A DNA stretch of 64,000 nt, from positions 4,598 through 68,597 of the forward strand of contig JAJYLC010000001.1 in assembly GCA_021787935.1 (NCBI GenBank), in the 5' to 3' direction. The position numbers and the translations under genes are program-made. The DNA is from Chloroflexota bacterium (lineage in GTDB: Bacteria; Chloroflexota; Dehalococcoidia; SZUA-161). The notes under the pieces are model-generated. The model was not told the DNA's origin, ran no database searches, and was given only the letters and a program-made list of their open reading frames with translations. Shown piece after piece: positions 27,338 to 36,828 of this stretch; within the stretch, counting starts at the first letter, position 1, and every line of letters begins with the position of its first letter.

Positions 27338-27718
27338 ATGGCACAGAATATTAAATGCCCCCGCTGCGGCAGATATACAGCCGATGCAACTTACTGTCAG
27401 TATTGCGGCAAGGCTTTACATGCTTGTCCAGTCTGTGGCGCCAGGATATCCCGAAACGCCATATTCTGTCCTGAGTGCGGAGCACCTATCTCTAAGGACC
27501 AAAGAGATATAGTAGCCACAGAGCGCACCTCATGGGCCTGGTGGATACTTCCCCTGCTATTAGGCTGGATAGGCGGCGTCATTGCCTGGGCTATGAACCG
27601 ATACAGAGATCCCGCTAAAGCTAGCTATATGCTCTGGTTTGGGGTATCGTTGACCGTGATAGAGATCATCATCACCATAGTGGTAGACGTGACACAACAT
27701 GGTCACACCGCACCTTAA
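27338..27718 (+). CDS. double zinc-ribbon domain membrane protein
   Basis: 126 aa; CPRCG…CQYCG and CPVCG…CPECG ribbons followed by two TM helices. Confidence 0.6.
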   Translation: MAQNIKCPRCGRYTADATYCQYCGKALHACPVCGARISRNAIFCPECGAPISKDQRDIVATERTSWAWWILPLLLGWIGGVIAWAMNRYRDPAKASYMLWFGVSLTVIEIIITIVVDVTQHGHTAP

Positions 27719-27752
27719 CCCTTGTCCATGAACCAACGCCAGCATCTAAAAT

Positions 27753-27839
27753 GCCGAGGTGGCGGAACCGGCAGACGCGACGGACTTAAAATCCGTTGGG
27801 CTTCGGCCCTTGCGGGTTCAAATCCCGCCCTCGGCACCA
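27753..27839 (+). tRNA. tRNA-Leu (anticodon TAA), long variable arm
   Basis: Acceptor GCCGAGG/CCTCGGC; anticodon stem ACGGA/TCCGT with loop CTTAAAA; variable arm GGGCTTCGGCCCTTGC; T-loop TTCAAAT; ACCA end. Confidence 0.8.
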
Positions 27840-28154
27840 GGGTTTGATAATATCACCAGCTTGGCCCAACTACGTACCCCAGGCAAATAAAATTGCCCCG
27901 AAAGGGACTGTGGGCCGCTATTCTGGCACTTGTACTACTGGCATTTTGCCCAAAATGTGATAATTTCTTAACCTTTTCCCGCCCGCTTTTATGATTTCTT
28001 TATCCCTGGGGCTTATTATGATTTCTGCATAGCCGATTGCAAGATGTGATATTCTATTGTAGTGCAAAGTGCAAAATATTACAGGCCAGGTTGACACCAG
28101 GGATTAATCGGTCAGCATCTAAGAACGAGGCTAAGAAAGTGAGGAAATGCAGCC

Positions 28155-28763
28155 ATGTGGAAGTGTACCAATTGTCATCATGTAGAACTCGCCGAAGCTA
28201 GACCTTTACATTGTCCCGTATGTGGCGCTGATGCAGAGAAACTCATCCCGCATGAGGTCCCAGGTATAAAAGGAACGAAAACCCTGGGGGACCTGAAAGC
28301 TGGCTTCGTCGCTGAGTCTCAGGCTCACCAGAGGAACCTGGCCTTCGCCTTCAAAGCAGAGCAGGAAAACTTTACTCAGGTCGCCAAACTCTTTCGGGCT
28401 ATCGCCGAAGCTGAGGGAATACACGCCTTCAACCATCTACGCTTCCTTGGAGGAGTGTCAGACACACAGGAAAACTTGGAGGCCGCTTTCGAGAGAGAAA
28501 ACCTGGCAAGCAGGTCATACCCTCAGTTCATCAAAGACGCAAATGAGGAGGGAAATACAAGCGTAGCGAAAATCTTCAGCTATTCCAGAGATGTAGAGGC
28601 AGGCCATGCCAAGCTTTATAAGAAGGCTTTGGACCACATGGTACAGGAAACAGACACCAAGTACTATGTTTGCGGCGTCTGTGGCTATGTTTCGGATGGG
28701 GAACTGCCTGACCAGTGCCCGATTTGCGGCGCTCCTAGAGAGAAGTTCAGAAGTATAGACTAG
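28155..28763 (+). CDS. rubrerythrin family protein with Cx2C…Cx2C rubredoxin-like motifs at both termini
   Basis: 202 aa. N-terminal CTNCHH…CPVCG, central ferritin-like diiron region (E…EGIHAF…E…AGHAKLY), C-terminal CGVCGY…CPICG. Confidence 0.75.
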   Translation: MWKCTNCHHVELAEARPLHCPVCGADAEKLIPHEVPGIKGTKTLGDLKAGFVAESQAHQRNLAFAFKAEQENFTQVAKLFRAIAEAEGIHAFNHLRFLGGVSDTQENLEAAFERENLASRSYPQFIKDANEEGNTSVAKIFSYSRDVEAGHAKLYKKALDHMVQETDTKYYVCGVCGYVSDGELPDQCPICGAPREKFRSID

Positions 28764-28807
28764 CCTAAGCAGTAGAAGGCCGCTCTAAAATAACCGGAGG
28801 TCAACAA

Positions 28808-29155
28808 ATGGCATCCAGTGAGAAACAAACACGAGCCGAGAAGCTGATAGGGAAAGTAACAAGGCTAACTGATTTAGTGGATTACCAGGATGGCGCCGTG
28901 GTGAGCAGGGAGATTATAAACAAGAATACGGGAACTGTGACACTTTTTGCCTTCGATGAAGGACAGGGGTTGAGTGAACATACAGCCCCCTTCGATGCCC
29001 TAGTATACATCTTCGATGGCGAGGTTGATATCACTATATCGGGTAAAGTTCTTAGACTGAAAGAAGGAGAAATGGTCATAATGCCAGCCAATCAACCCCA
29101 CGCATTGAAGGCAGTGACTAGGTTCAAGATGATATTGACCATGATAAGGTCTTGA
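28808..29155 (+). CDS. cupin domain protein
   Basis: 115 aa; small beta-barrel cupin-like sequence (…HTAPFDALVYIFDGEVDITISGKV…MPANQPHAL). Confidence 0.55.
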   Translation: MASSEKQTRAEKLIGKVTRLTDLVDYQDGAVVSREIINKNTGTVTLFAFDEGQGLSEHTAPFDALVYIFDGEVDITISGKVLRLKEGEMVIMPANQPHALKAVTRFKMILTMIRS

Positions 29156-29316
29156 CATTAATAGTACTAGCAACTTACCTGTTTTTGTTATAAAACATGT
29201 GATGGATTGATTAATTTCTCTGAAGCTAATCGCTGGCCCAACGGGGTACAGTCGATTGACAATGGTCTAAACCAGTGTTTAAAATTATCTCCAGAAGGGA
29301 GATTTAAATAAAATAG

Positions 29317-30129
29317 ATGGCTGATGAGCATAACCTGAGTATCAATGAGGCTGTAACCATGTATCTTGCCACTCTGCCGCCAGAGCAGAGGCAAGAAAGC
29401 CAGCAGGAGCTGAATAGGTTCGTTCGGTGGTATGGTGGAGATCGCCGGATGAGCGAGCTCGGCCCCAGAGAGATCGGAGAATACGGCGAGAGCGTAAGTA
29501 AAAGCATCAGATCCTCAGTAACTGACCCTGCTAAGAAGATCGAGCCGGTCAGAAATTTCCTCACTTACGCCAAAAAGGCAAAACTGACTGAGGTAAACCT
29601 CGCCCCCAATCTCAGAATCAGCAAGACCAAAAAAGGCCCGGTGAAGAATTCTCACAAAGAGGCTGAACAAGTTCATCTAACCTCGGAAGGTCACGCTGCC
29701 CTGAAATCGGAACTGGAGGCCCTTAAAAATGAGCGCCCCCTCGTTGCTGAGCAAATACGCCACGCTGCGGCAGATAAAGATTTTCGGGAAAATGCCCCCC
29801 TTGAGGCTGCCAAAGAGCACCAGGGGCATATCGAGGGACGAATCAGGGAACTGGAAGCCACCATCCAGGGAGCTACTATTTTAGAGGAAAAAACGAGCAT
29901 CACGGTTAGAGTAGGCATTGGTTGCACGGTAGACCTGTCCGACCTTACTTCCGGTGAGCAGTTGCACTACACTCTTGTCAGCCCCAGTGAATCCAACCCA
30001 ACCAAAGGCAAACTCTCTATTGCGTCACCCACCGGCAAAGCTTTGTTGGATCAAGAAATAGGCGCTGTAGTAGAAGTCTACGCGCCCGTGGGGACATTTC
30101 GCTACCGGATCGAGAGCATAAAAGGATAA
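29317..30129 (+). CDS. GreA/GreB family transcript cleavage factor homolog with ~110-aa N-terminal extension
   Basis: The C-terminal ~160 aa show a Gre coiled-coil plus FKBP-like domain pattern (LTSEGHAALKSELEALK…RENAPLEAAKE…GCTVDL…VSPSESNP…SPTGKALL). Confidence 0.6.
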   Translation: MADEHNLSINEAVTMYLATLPPEQRQESQQELNRFVRWYGGDRRMSELGPREIGEYGESVSKSIRSSVTDPAKKIEPVRNFLTYAKKAKLTEVNLAPNLRISKTKKGPVKNSHKEAEQVHLTSEGHAALKSELEALKNERPLVAEQIRHAAADKDFRENAPLEAAKEHQGHIEGRIRELEATIQGATILEEKTSITVRVGIGCTVDLSDLTSGEQLHYTLVSPSESNPTKGKLSIASPTGKALLDQEIGAVVEVYAPVGTFRYRIESIKG

Positions 30130-30187
30130 ACTCGAGGAATTTCATCAGGGGCATCCTTCCGCGGAAGGACGCCCCTCGCAGTCAACT

Positions 30188-30643
30188 CTAAAGCTCTGCC
30201 TGCATATCTGTCAGATCGCCCCGTGAAAAACCTTGCGATTCAAAGAAAGACAGCATCCACCAATCACGCCAGTTAACCATAACGTGCACCTTTTTAATGC
30301 CCTTTTTGTGACAGCGCTCCTTCCAGGTTTCAACCATCTTCCTGCCAATGCCCTTGTGCTGATACTCAGGTAAGATACCGATCAATTCGATCCAGGCAAC
30401 ATTGCGTAATTCAGTCGGTGAACCTACAACCCTGCCCAGTACAAAGCCTACTATCTTGTCCCCCGCTTCCGCCACTACGCTGGCATCCATCTCGCCGCCA
30501 ATACAACTGTCGGGGACCGGCGCGTAGGTCACAGCTCTGCTATCCTCCTTGGTCTCCCTCTCAATAGCCAGGACACCTGCGAGATCCTCCACTCTCATCT
30601 CGCGTATCTTCACCTTGCTTTTCGGTTCAGCAGTTCTAACCAC
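30188..30643 (-). CDS. GNAT family N-acetyltransferase
   Basis: 151 aa; acetyl-CoA-binding-like motif …QHKGIGRKMVE…. Confidence 0.65.
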   Translation of the reverse strand: MVRTAEPKSKVKIREMRVEDLAGVLAIERETKEDSRAVTYAPVPDSCIGGEMDASVVAEAGDKIVGFVLGRVVGSPTELRNVAWIELIGILPEYQHKGIGRKMVETWKERCHKKGIKKVHVMVNWRDWWMLSFFESQGFSRGDLTDMQAEL

Positions 30644-30792
30644 TTACCAGCCTCCTTCGATAGAAAAATGCCTCGCGCCTGAGATGCGGTAGCTACGTTT
30701 ATAGCACGGACACCTGGGGTTGTCAATCGGGGCAATTGCTAAACGCTCTACGGTGGGGCTGCCTGGGGTCCAACACAAAATAATATGAAGGC

Positions 30793-31710
30793 TTAATCTT
30801 GTATTGTCTTTCCTGTGAGCCTGCGATATGCCTCCCGGTACCTCTCCGATGTCTCCTTAACAATCTTTGGAGGAAGCTCAGGGGCGGGGGGCTCCTTATT
30901 CCAACCAGACTCAGTGAGCCAGTCTCTAAGAGGCTGTTTATCGAAGCTGGGCTGTGATTTCCCCGGAGAGTATTTCTTGGCATCCCAGAATCGGCTGGAG
31001 TCCGGAGTGAGAAGCTCGTCAATCAAAGACAGCTTGCCATCTATCATGCCGAACTCCATTTTGGTGTCCGCTATGATTATGTCCCGGCTGCGAGCATATT
31101 GGACAGCATAATTGTAGATAGCAATGCTTTTCTCCATAATCTCCTGGGTCAGCGACTTGCCCACAAGCTTCTCCATCTGTTTGATAGTAAGCGGACGGTC
31201 ATGGCCTGCGGCCTCCTTAGTAGTGGGAGTAAACAGTGGTTGGGTAAATTGTTCCGATTCCTTGATGCCTTTGGGCAAAGACATGCCCGATACTGTGCCG
31301 CTCTGCTTGTATTCGGCCCACGCCGAACCTGAAAGGTAACCCCGGACCACGCACTCTATGTCGATGCGCTCTGCCTTCTTTACAATCATGGAACGTCGCT
31401 CCACATAGGTGGGATATGAATAATAGGAGACGCAGACCCGCTCCCCATAAACACGATTGAGCCAGTTGACATCGTTCACTATCTCGACCACGTGATTGGG
31501 CACTAGGTGAGAGGTCTTCTCGAACCAGAAGGCCGAGAGCTGGTTTAGAACAATTCCTTTATCCGGGATTCCGCCAGGCAATACTACATCGAAAGCGGAT
31601 ACCCGGTCGGTAACTATGATGAGCAACTGGTCATCGCCCATCTCGTAGGTATCGCGCACTTTCCCCCTGTGATATAAGTTTGGCAGATTGGACTCACGCA
31701 GTATGGACAT
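30793..31710 (-). CDS. purC: phosphoribosylaminoimidazole-succinocarboxamide synthase
   Basis: 305 aa; SAICAR synthetase N-terminus LYHRGKVRDTYEMGDDQLLIIVTDRVSAFD. Confidence 0.85.
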   Translation of the reverse strand: MSILRESNLPNLYHRGKVRDTYEMGDDQLLIIVTDRVSAFDVVLPGGIPDKGIVLNQLSAFWFEKTSHLVPNHVVEIVNDVNWLNRVYGERVCVSYYSYPTYVERRSMIVKKAERIDIECVVRGYLSGSAWAEYKQSGTVSGMSLPKGIKESEQFTQPLFTPTTKEAAGHDRPLTIKQMEKLVGKSLTQEIMEKSIAIYNYAVQYARSRDIIIADTKMEFGMIDGKLSLIDELLTPDSSRFWDAKKYSPGKSQPSFDKQPLRDWLTESGWNKEPPAPELPPKIVKETSERYREAYRRLTGKTIQD

Positions 31711-31751
31711 ATAGTTCTTTCTCCTTGACTTTCGCCTCTGTGGACTTCCCC

Positions 31752-33044
31752 CTATCCCAACCCCACCCTCTGGAAAATCTCGTCGATGTAGCGCAGGAAG
31801 TAGTTATAGTCGAAAATGCCCTTGAGTTCCGATTTGGAAAGATGCTTGGAGACATCCGGGTCGCTTTCGAGCAGGCCGAGGAAGCTCACCCTTTCCTTCC
31901 ACGCCCTCATAGAGTTGCGCTGCACCATCTTGTAAGCTGTTTCTCTGGAGAGCCCCTTATCAATCAAGGACAGCATCACCCTCTGCGAGAAGATAACTCC
32001 CTGCGTTATCTCCAGGTTCTGTTTCATCCGCTCAGGGTAGACCTGAAGCCCTTTCATGACATATGTGAAGATGCTCAAACCATAATCGAGAACAAGACAA
32101 GCATCAGGCAAGATAATACGCTCCGTGGAGGAATGGCTGATATCGCGTTCGTGCCACAGGGCAATGTTCTCCATAGCAGTCACTGCATACCCTCTCACGA
32201 GGCGGGCCAGCCCGCAGATACGCTCGCAAAGCTCCGGGTTCCGCTTATGCGGCATCGCTGATGAACCTGTCTGCCCCGGTTCGAAAGGCTCCTCAGCCTC
32301 CAAAACCTCGGTGCGCTGCAGACCACGTATCTCGGTGGCAAACTTCTCCAGCGAACTGGCAATGATAGCTAAGGTGGTGACGAACTGAGCATGTCGGTCG
32401 CGCTGAATGATCTGGCTTGATACCGGTGCCACTCCCAGGCCCAGCCTGGCGCAGGCTATCTCTTCCACCTTCGGCGGCACCGTGGCGTGAGTCCCCACAG
32501 CGCCCGATATCTTGCCCACTGCGACCATCTTCCTTGCCTCATCGAGCCTGTGGGAATTCCTCTTCATCTCCTCAACCCAGATAGCGAGCTTGAGTCCGAA
32601 GGTAATCGGCTCGGCATGGACGCCATGAGTACGTCCCATCATAATAGTATGTTTGTGCTCCAAAGCCCGCTTTCTGATAACATCGGCTAGCTCGTCAATA
32701 TCTTTAGCCAATATATCTGATGCCTCGACCAACTGGAGAGCAAGCGCCGTATCCATGACATCCGAAGAAGTAAGACCGAGATGGATGAAACGACTCTCAT
32801 CTCCCAGGCTTTCTGATACAGATTTCAGGAATGCTGTTACATCATGATGGGTCTCTTTAAGCACCTCATCCATACGTTTCAGGTCACAGCTTGCCTTCCT
32901 TATTTTGGGAATCGCCTCTTTGGGAATAACGCCCTGCTCCGCCCACGCCTCGCAGGCAGCGATCTCCACCTTCAGCCACTTGTCGAACTTGTTCTCGTCC
33001 GACCAGACTTTCTTCATCTGTGGCCTGGAATAGCGTTCAATCAT
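31752..33044 (-). CDS. purB: adenylosuccinate lyase
   Basis: 430 aa; MIERYSRPQMKKVWSDENKFDKWLKVEIAA… typical PurB; fumarate-lyase signature region GSSAMPHKRNP. Confidence 0.9.
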   Translation of the reverse strand: MIERYSRPQMKKVWSDENKFDKWLKVEIAACEAWAEQGVIPKEAIPKIRKASCDLKRMDEVLKETHHDVTAFLKSVSESLGDESRFIHLGLTSSDVMDTALALQLVEASDILAKDIDELADVIRKRALEHKHTIMMGRTHGVHAEPITFGLKLAIWVEEMKRNSHRLDEARKMVAVGKISGAVGTHATVPPKVEEIACARLGLGVAPVSSQIIQRDRHAQFVTTLAIIASSLEKFATEIRGLQRTEVLEAEEPFEPGQTGSSAMPHKRNPELCERICGLARLVRGYAVTAMENIALWHERDISHSSTERIILPDACLVLDYGLSIFTYVMKGLQVYPERMKQNLEITQGVIFSQRVMLSLIDKGLSRETAYKMVQRNSMRAWKERVSFLGLLESDPDVSKHLSKSELKGIFDYNYFLRYIDEIFQRVGLG

Positions 33045-33085
33045 GCCTTAACCCCTTTTCAGTGATATATCAGCTTCCTTTTCGC

Positions 33086-34573
33086 TCATTGCTTCACCAT
33101 CTGCCTGTACCGTGGCATCCGAATCACAGCAGCCGCAGCAGATATCGCCGCCATCCTCTTCCTCTCGTCAAATACCTCGGATAGCTTTTCCTCGAGCGGT
33201 TTCTCGCGCTTCATAATCCTCTTCATGTCCTCAATCAGAGTACCTTCAACATCCAGGAATTGTGTAGCCAGATTTCCTTTCACAAAACGTTCGTTCTCCA
33301 TGACTGCTTTATGAAATGGGATATTCGTCTTGACGCCTACAATGATATACTCATAGAGAGCGCGGCGCATCCTGATAATGGCTTCGTTTCTATCCCTGCC
33401 CCAGACCACTAGCTTCGATATCATCGAGTCATAAAGATGAGGTATCACATACCTGGTATGTACGCCGCTATCCACACGAACTCCGATTCCGCCCGGAGAG
33501 CGATAGCCTCTCAGCTTGCCAGGGGAGGGCATGAAGTTGTTCAAAGGGTCTTCGGCGTTAATGCGGCACTCTATCGCCCAACCATTCAGTTGAACATCTT
33601 TTTGTTTGATGCTCAGAGGCAACCCCAGGGCTATCCTCAATTGCTCTTTGACAATATCCACGCCTGTTACCATCTCAGTAACCGCATGTTCTACCTGGAT
33701 TCGAGTATTCATCTCCAGGAAATAGAAATTCCCCTCTGAGAAAAGAAATTCCACCGTCCCTGCACCTTCATAGCCTACCCTTTTAGCGACTTTCACTGCA
33801 ATGTTACCCATCTCCCTCCTGAGCGCCGGGGTGAGCGCCGGTGAAGGGCATTCCTCGATCAGCTTCTGATACCGGCGCTGTATGGAGCACTCGCGTTCAC
33901 CTAGATGGATAACATTTCCATGAGAGTCGGCCAATATCTGAAACTCAATATGGCGTGAATTCATCAGAAATTTCTCGATGTAGACATCCGGCAAACCAAA
34001 AGCGGAGCTGGCTATTCTCCGTGCGGATTCAAGTGCTTTCCTGAGTTCCTCCTCATTATTGGCACGTATTATGCCGATTCCACCCCCTCCCCCCGATGGC
34101 TTGATCATTACCGGATAACCTATCTCCTGGATAATACTTTTTGCCTGCTCGAGATCTGATACCGCCACTTCAACTCCAGGTACCAAGGAAAGCCCTGATT
34201 TCTTAACCTCACGGCGGGCTGCCTGCTTGTCGCCCATCAACTGCATCACGCCACTCGATGGGCCGACGAACTTTATTCCATTTACCTCACAGGCATAGGC
34301 TAATGCCGGGTTCTCGGCAAGAAAGCCATAGCCAGGATGGATGGCAAAAGCGCCGCTTTCTTTAGCTACCTCAATAATCTTATCTATGTTCAGATAGCTC
34401 TCGGTTGCGGGGGCAGGGCCAATGTAGTATGCGTCGTCAGCATATCGAGCAAACAATGCATCCTTGTCCGCCTCAGAATATACAGCAACCGAATTCAAGC
34501 CAAGCTCGCGGCAGGCGCGCATTATGCGAATGGCTATTTCGCCCCGGTTGGCTACCAGTACTTTTTTTCTCAT
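33086..34573 (-). CDS. pycA: pyruvate carboxylase subunit A (biotin carboxylase)
   Basis: 495 aa; biotin carboxylase / ATP-grasp motifs (MRKKVLVANRGEIAIRIMRAC…; EMNTRIQVEH). Adjacent to the carboxyltransferase/BCCP subunit. Confidence 0.8.
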   Translation of the reverse strand: MRKKVLVANRGEIAIRIMRACRELGLNSVAVYSEADKDALFARYADDAYYIGPAPATESYLNIDKIIEVAKESGAFAIHPGYGFLAENPALAYACEVNGIKFVGPSSGVMQLMGDKQAARREVKKSGLSLVPGVEVAVSDLEQAKSIIQEIGYPVMIKPSGGGGGIGIIRANNEEELRKALESARRIASSAFGLPDVYIEKFLMNSRHIEFQILADSHGNVIHLGERECSIQRRYQKLIEECPSPALTPALRREMGNIAVKVAKRVGYEGAGTVEFLFSEGNFYFLEMNTRIQVEHAVTEMVTGVDIVKEQLRIALGLPLSIKQKDVQLNGWAIECRINAEDPLNNFMPSPGKLRGYRSPGGIGVRVDSGVHTRYVIPHLYDSMISKLVVWGRDRNEAIIRMRRALYEYIIVGVKTNIPFHKAVMENERFVKGNLATQFLDVEGTLIEDMKRIMKREKPLEEKLSEVFDERKRMAAISAAAAVIRMPRYRQMVKQ

Positions 34574-34574
34574 T

Positions 34575-36293
34575 TTAATCCACTACTCCCAGGACATCAC
34601 CGGCTCCCACTCTCTGTCCCTCACGCATAAATATCTCCCTCACCACCCCTGTATGAGTCGCGGATACTTTATTCTCCATCTTCAATGCCTCAATCACTGC
34701 TATTACGCCGCCCTTTTTCACCTTCTCACCCACTTCCACCTCAATCCTGAGCACCATACCACGAAGAGGAGATACTATGGCGCCTCTGGATATCTTCTTA
34801 GCAACTCTGGTCTGCTCAACCTCTAATGCCTTACCCAGCGGCGGCGACACCTTCACATTGAACACCTCGCCATCTACATCCACACTCAGCTCTACGGGTG
34901 ACTCCAGTGGTGAAGCACTTGAATCCGCAGCTTCAAGAATGTCCGGCATCGCTTCTTCCTCAAGTTCGCCGCGCAGAAACCTGACTGCTAATTGAGGGAA
35001 CAGGGCATAAGTGACAAAATCTTCCTCATCGCGGAGTACCCCCAGCTTTTGACCGGCATAGCGCGTCAGTTCCCATTCCGAAGCAATTAGCTCGGCAGGC
35101 CGGGCCTCAATAGGCTTCCTGTCTCCGACCACAAATTTTTTCACTTCTTCATTTACATCAGATGGAGGTCTGCCATAGTAGCCGAGAAAGTAATTCTTCA
35201 ACTCCTCAGTTACTCGTTTGTATCTCTTGGCAGAGAGTACGTTTAGCACTGCCTGTGTTACCACAAGCTGACTTACCGGAGCTGCCAGTGGCGGATAACC
35301 AAGGTCAGCTCTCACGCGGGGGATTTCCTCCATTACTTCACCGAGTCTATCCAGTATGTTCTGCTCCCGGAGCTGATTCACCAAGTTAGAAAACATCCCT
35401 CCAGGGATTTGATGCGTAAGCACGTCTACGCTGGGATGAATCAATTCGGTAGTGAATAGTGGCCCATACTTCCTGCTCAAGGCAACGAAATATTCCCCTA
35501 TCTCATATAGCAGGTCCAGGTCCAGACCTGTATCGAAAGGGGTATCTCTAAACGCTGCCACTACTCCCTCCGTAGGTGGAAGGGATGCCCCTCCTCCAAA
35601 GGCAGAAAATGCAGTGTCGAGGATATCGACACCAGCCAGTACCCCTGCGTGATAACCCATGTGCGCCATTCCGCTGGAGCAGTGAGAATGAAGTGCAACA
35701 GGGATGCTCACCCTCTTTTTTATCGCTTTTACCAGTTCACTCGCAGTCCAGGGAGAAATCAATCCGGCCAAATCCTTTATGCAAATCGAGTCGCAGCCAA
35801 AAGACTGCAATGTCCTTGCCATTTCGGCAAACTTCTCCACGGTGTGCACTGGGCTGGTAGTGTAGCAAATCGCGCCCTGAGCAAATGCACCCTGGTCCTT
35901 TGCTACTTCTATCGCCAGCTTGACATTGCGCATATCATTAAGGGCATCGTATATGCTGAAGACATCCACCCCGTTCTTCACCGCGAGGCAGATGAACTCA
36001 CGCACTACATCATCCGAATAGTGGCGGTAGCCCACGAGGTTCTGCCCTCTTAGAACCATTTGAAGTCGAGTGTTTTTAACCTTCTCCTTCAGGTCTCTCA
36101 GCCGCAGCCAGGGGTCTTCGTTCAGAAACCTGAGACATACGTCGAAAGTAGCCCCTCCCCACACATCGAGAGCGAAGAAACCCACCTTATCCAGCATCTC
36201 GGCGATGGGCAGCATATCCCTGGTGCGCATCCTGGTGGCGATGAGCGATTGATGAGCATCTCGCAGTGTGCTGTCAGTTATGAGAAGACCCAT
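34575..36293 (-). CDS. pycB: pyruvate carboxylase subunit B (carboxyltransferase + biotinyl carrier domain)
   Basis: 572 aa; N-terminal ITDSTLRDAHQSL carboxyltransferase motif; C-terminal biotinylation motif EALKMEN. Confidence 0.8.
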   Translation of the reverse strand: MGLLITDSTLRDAHQSLIATRMRTRDMLPIAEMLDKVGFFALDVWGGATFDVCLRFLNEDPWLRLRDLKEKVKNTRLQMVLRGQNLVGYRHYSDDVVREFICLAVKNGVDVFSIYDALNDMRNVKLAIEVAKDQGAFAQGAICYTTSPVHTVEKFAEMARTLQSFGCDSICIKDLAGLISPWTASELVKAIKKRVSIPVALHSHCSSGMAHMGYHAGVLAGVDILDTAFSAFGGGASLPPTEGVVAAFRDTPFDTGLDLDLLYEIGEYFVALSRKYGPLFTTELIHPSVDVLTHQIPGGMFSNLVNQLREQNILDRLGEVMEEIPRVRADLGYPPLAAPVSQLVVTQAVLNVLSAKRYKRVTEELKNYFLGYYGRPPSDVNEEVKKFVVGDRKPIEARPAELIASEWELTRYAGQKLGVLRDEEDFVTYALFPQLAVRFLRGELEEEAMPDILEAADSSASPLESPVELSVDVDGEVFNVKVSPPLGKALEVEQTRVAKKISRGAIVSPLRGMVLRIEVEVGEKVKKGGVIAVIEALKMENKVSATHTGVVREIFMREGQRVGAGDVLGVVD

Positions 36294-36373
36294 TTAGGTT
36301 TCTCCAGTAAGTTCTCAGAACTCTAACATACAAGGGGGTTGGAGCATCCACTCCATGCTACCCTATTATGAAC

Positions 36374-36826
36374 CTAGCCGCTAGCCAAGTCCTGGCGATA
36401 CTTTTCGTAGCTTTTTTTAATTTTATCATGCTTGAGCGCCAGAATCCCAGCAGCGAAGTAGGCAGCGTTTTTCGCCCCGCCAATGCCAACGCTGGCTACC
36501 GGGACACCTACGGGCATCTGGACGATGGAGAGCAAAGCATCAATACCTTTAAGTTCGCTGCTTGGCAAGGGTACAGCAATGACAGGGATAGTTGTCCAGC
36601 TAGCGAGGACGCCGGGCAAGTGCGCTGACATACCTGCCCCGGCGATAATGACATCGATACCACGCTTTCCGGCACTCTGACCATATTCCCTGGCCTTCTC
36701 AGGGGTACGGTGGGCCGAGATTATGGATACCTCATATTCAATCCCTAGCTGGTCCAGGGCCTGCAGCGCTGGTTTCATCAAACTGGTGTCCGATTCACTG
36801 CCCATTACTATTCCGACAAGTGGCAT
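36374..36826 (-). CDS. purE: N5-carboxyaminoimidazole ribonucleotide mutase
   Basis: 150 aa; MPLVGIVMGSESD…SAHRTP…AGMSAHLPGV typical PurE. Confidence 0.9.
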   Translation of the reverse strand: MPLVGIVMGSESDTSLMKPALQALDQLGIEYEVSIISAHRTPEKAREYGQSAGKRGIDVIIAGAGMSAHLPGVLASWTTIPVIAVPLPSSELKGIDALLSIVQMPVGVPVASVGIGGAKNAAYFAAGILALKHDKIKKSYEKYRQDLASG

Positions 36827-36828
36827 AG

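Noticed and set aside
31680-32261. 193-aa plus-strand ORF
   Set aside because: Lies antisense within purB (adenylosuccinate lyase), which has unambiguous homology; shadow ORF.
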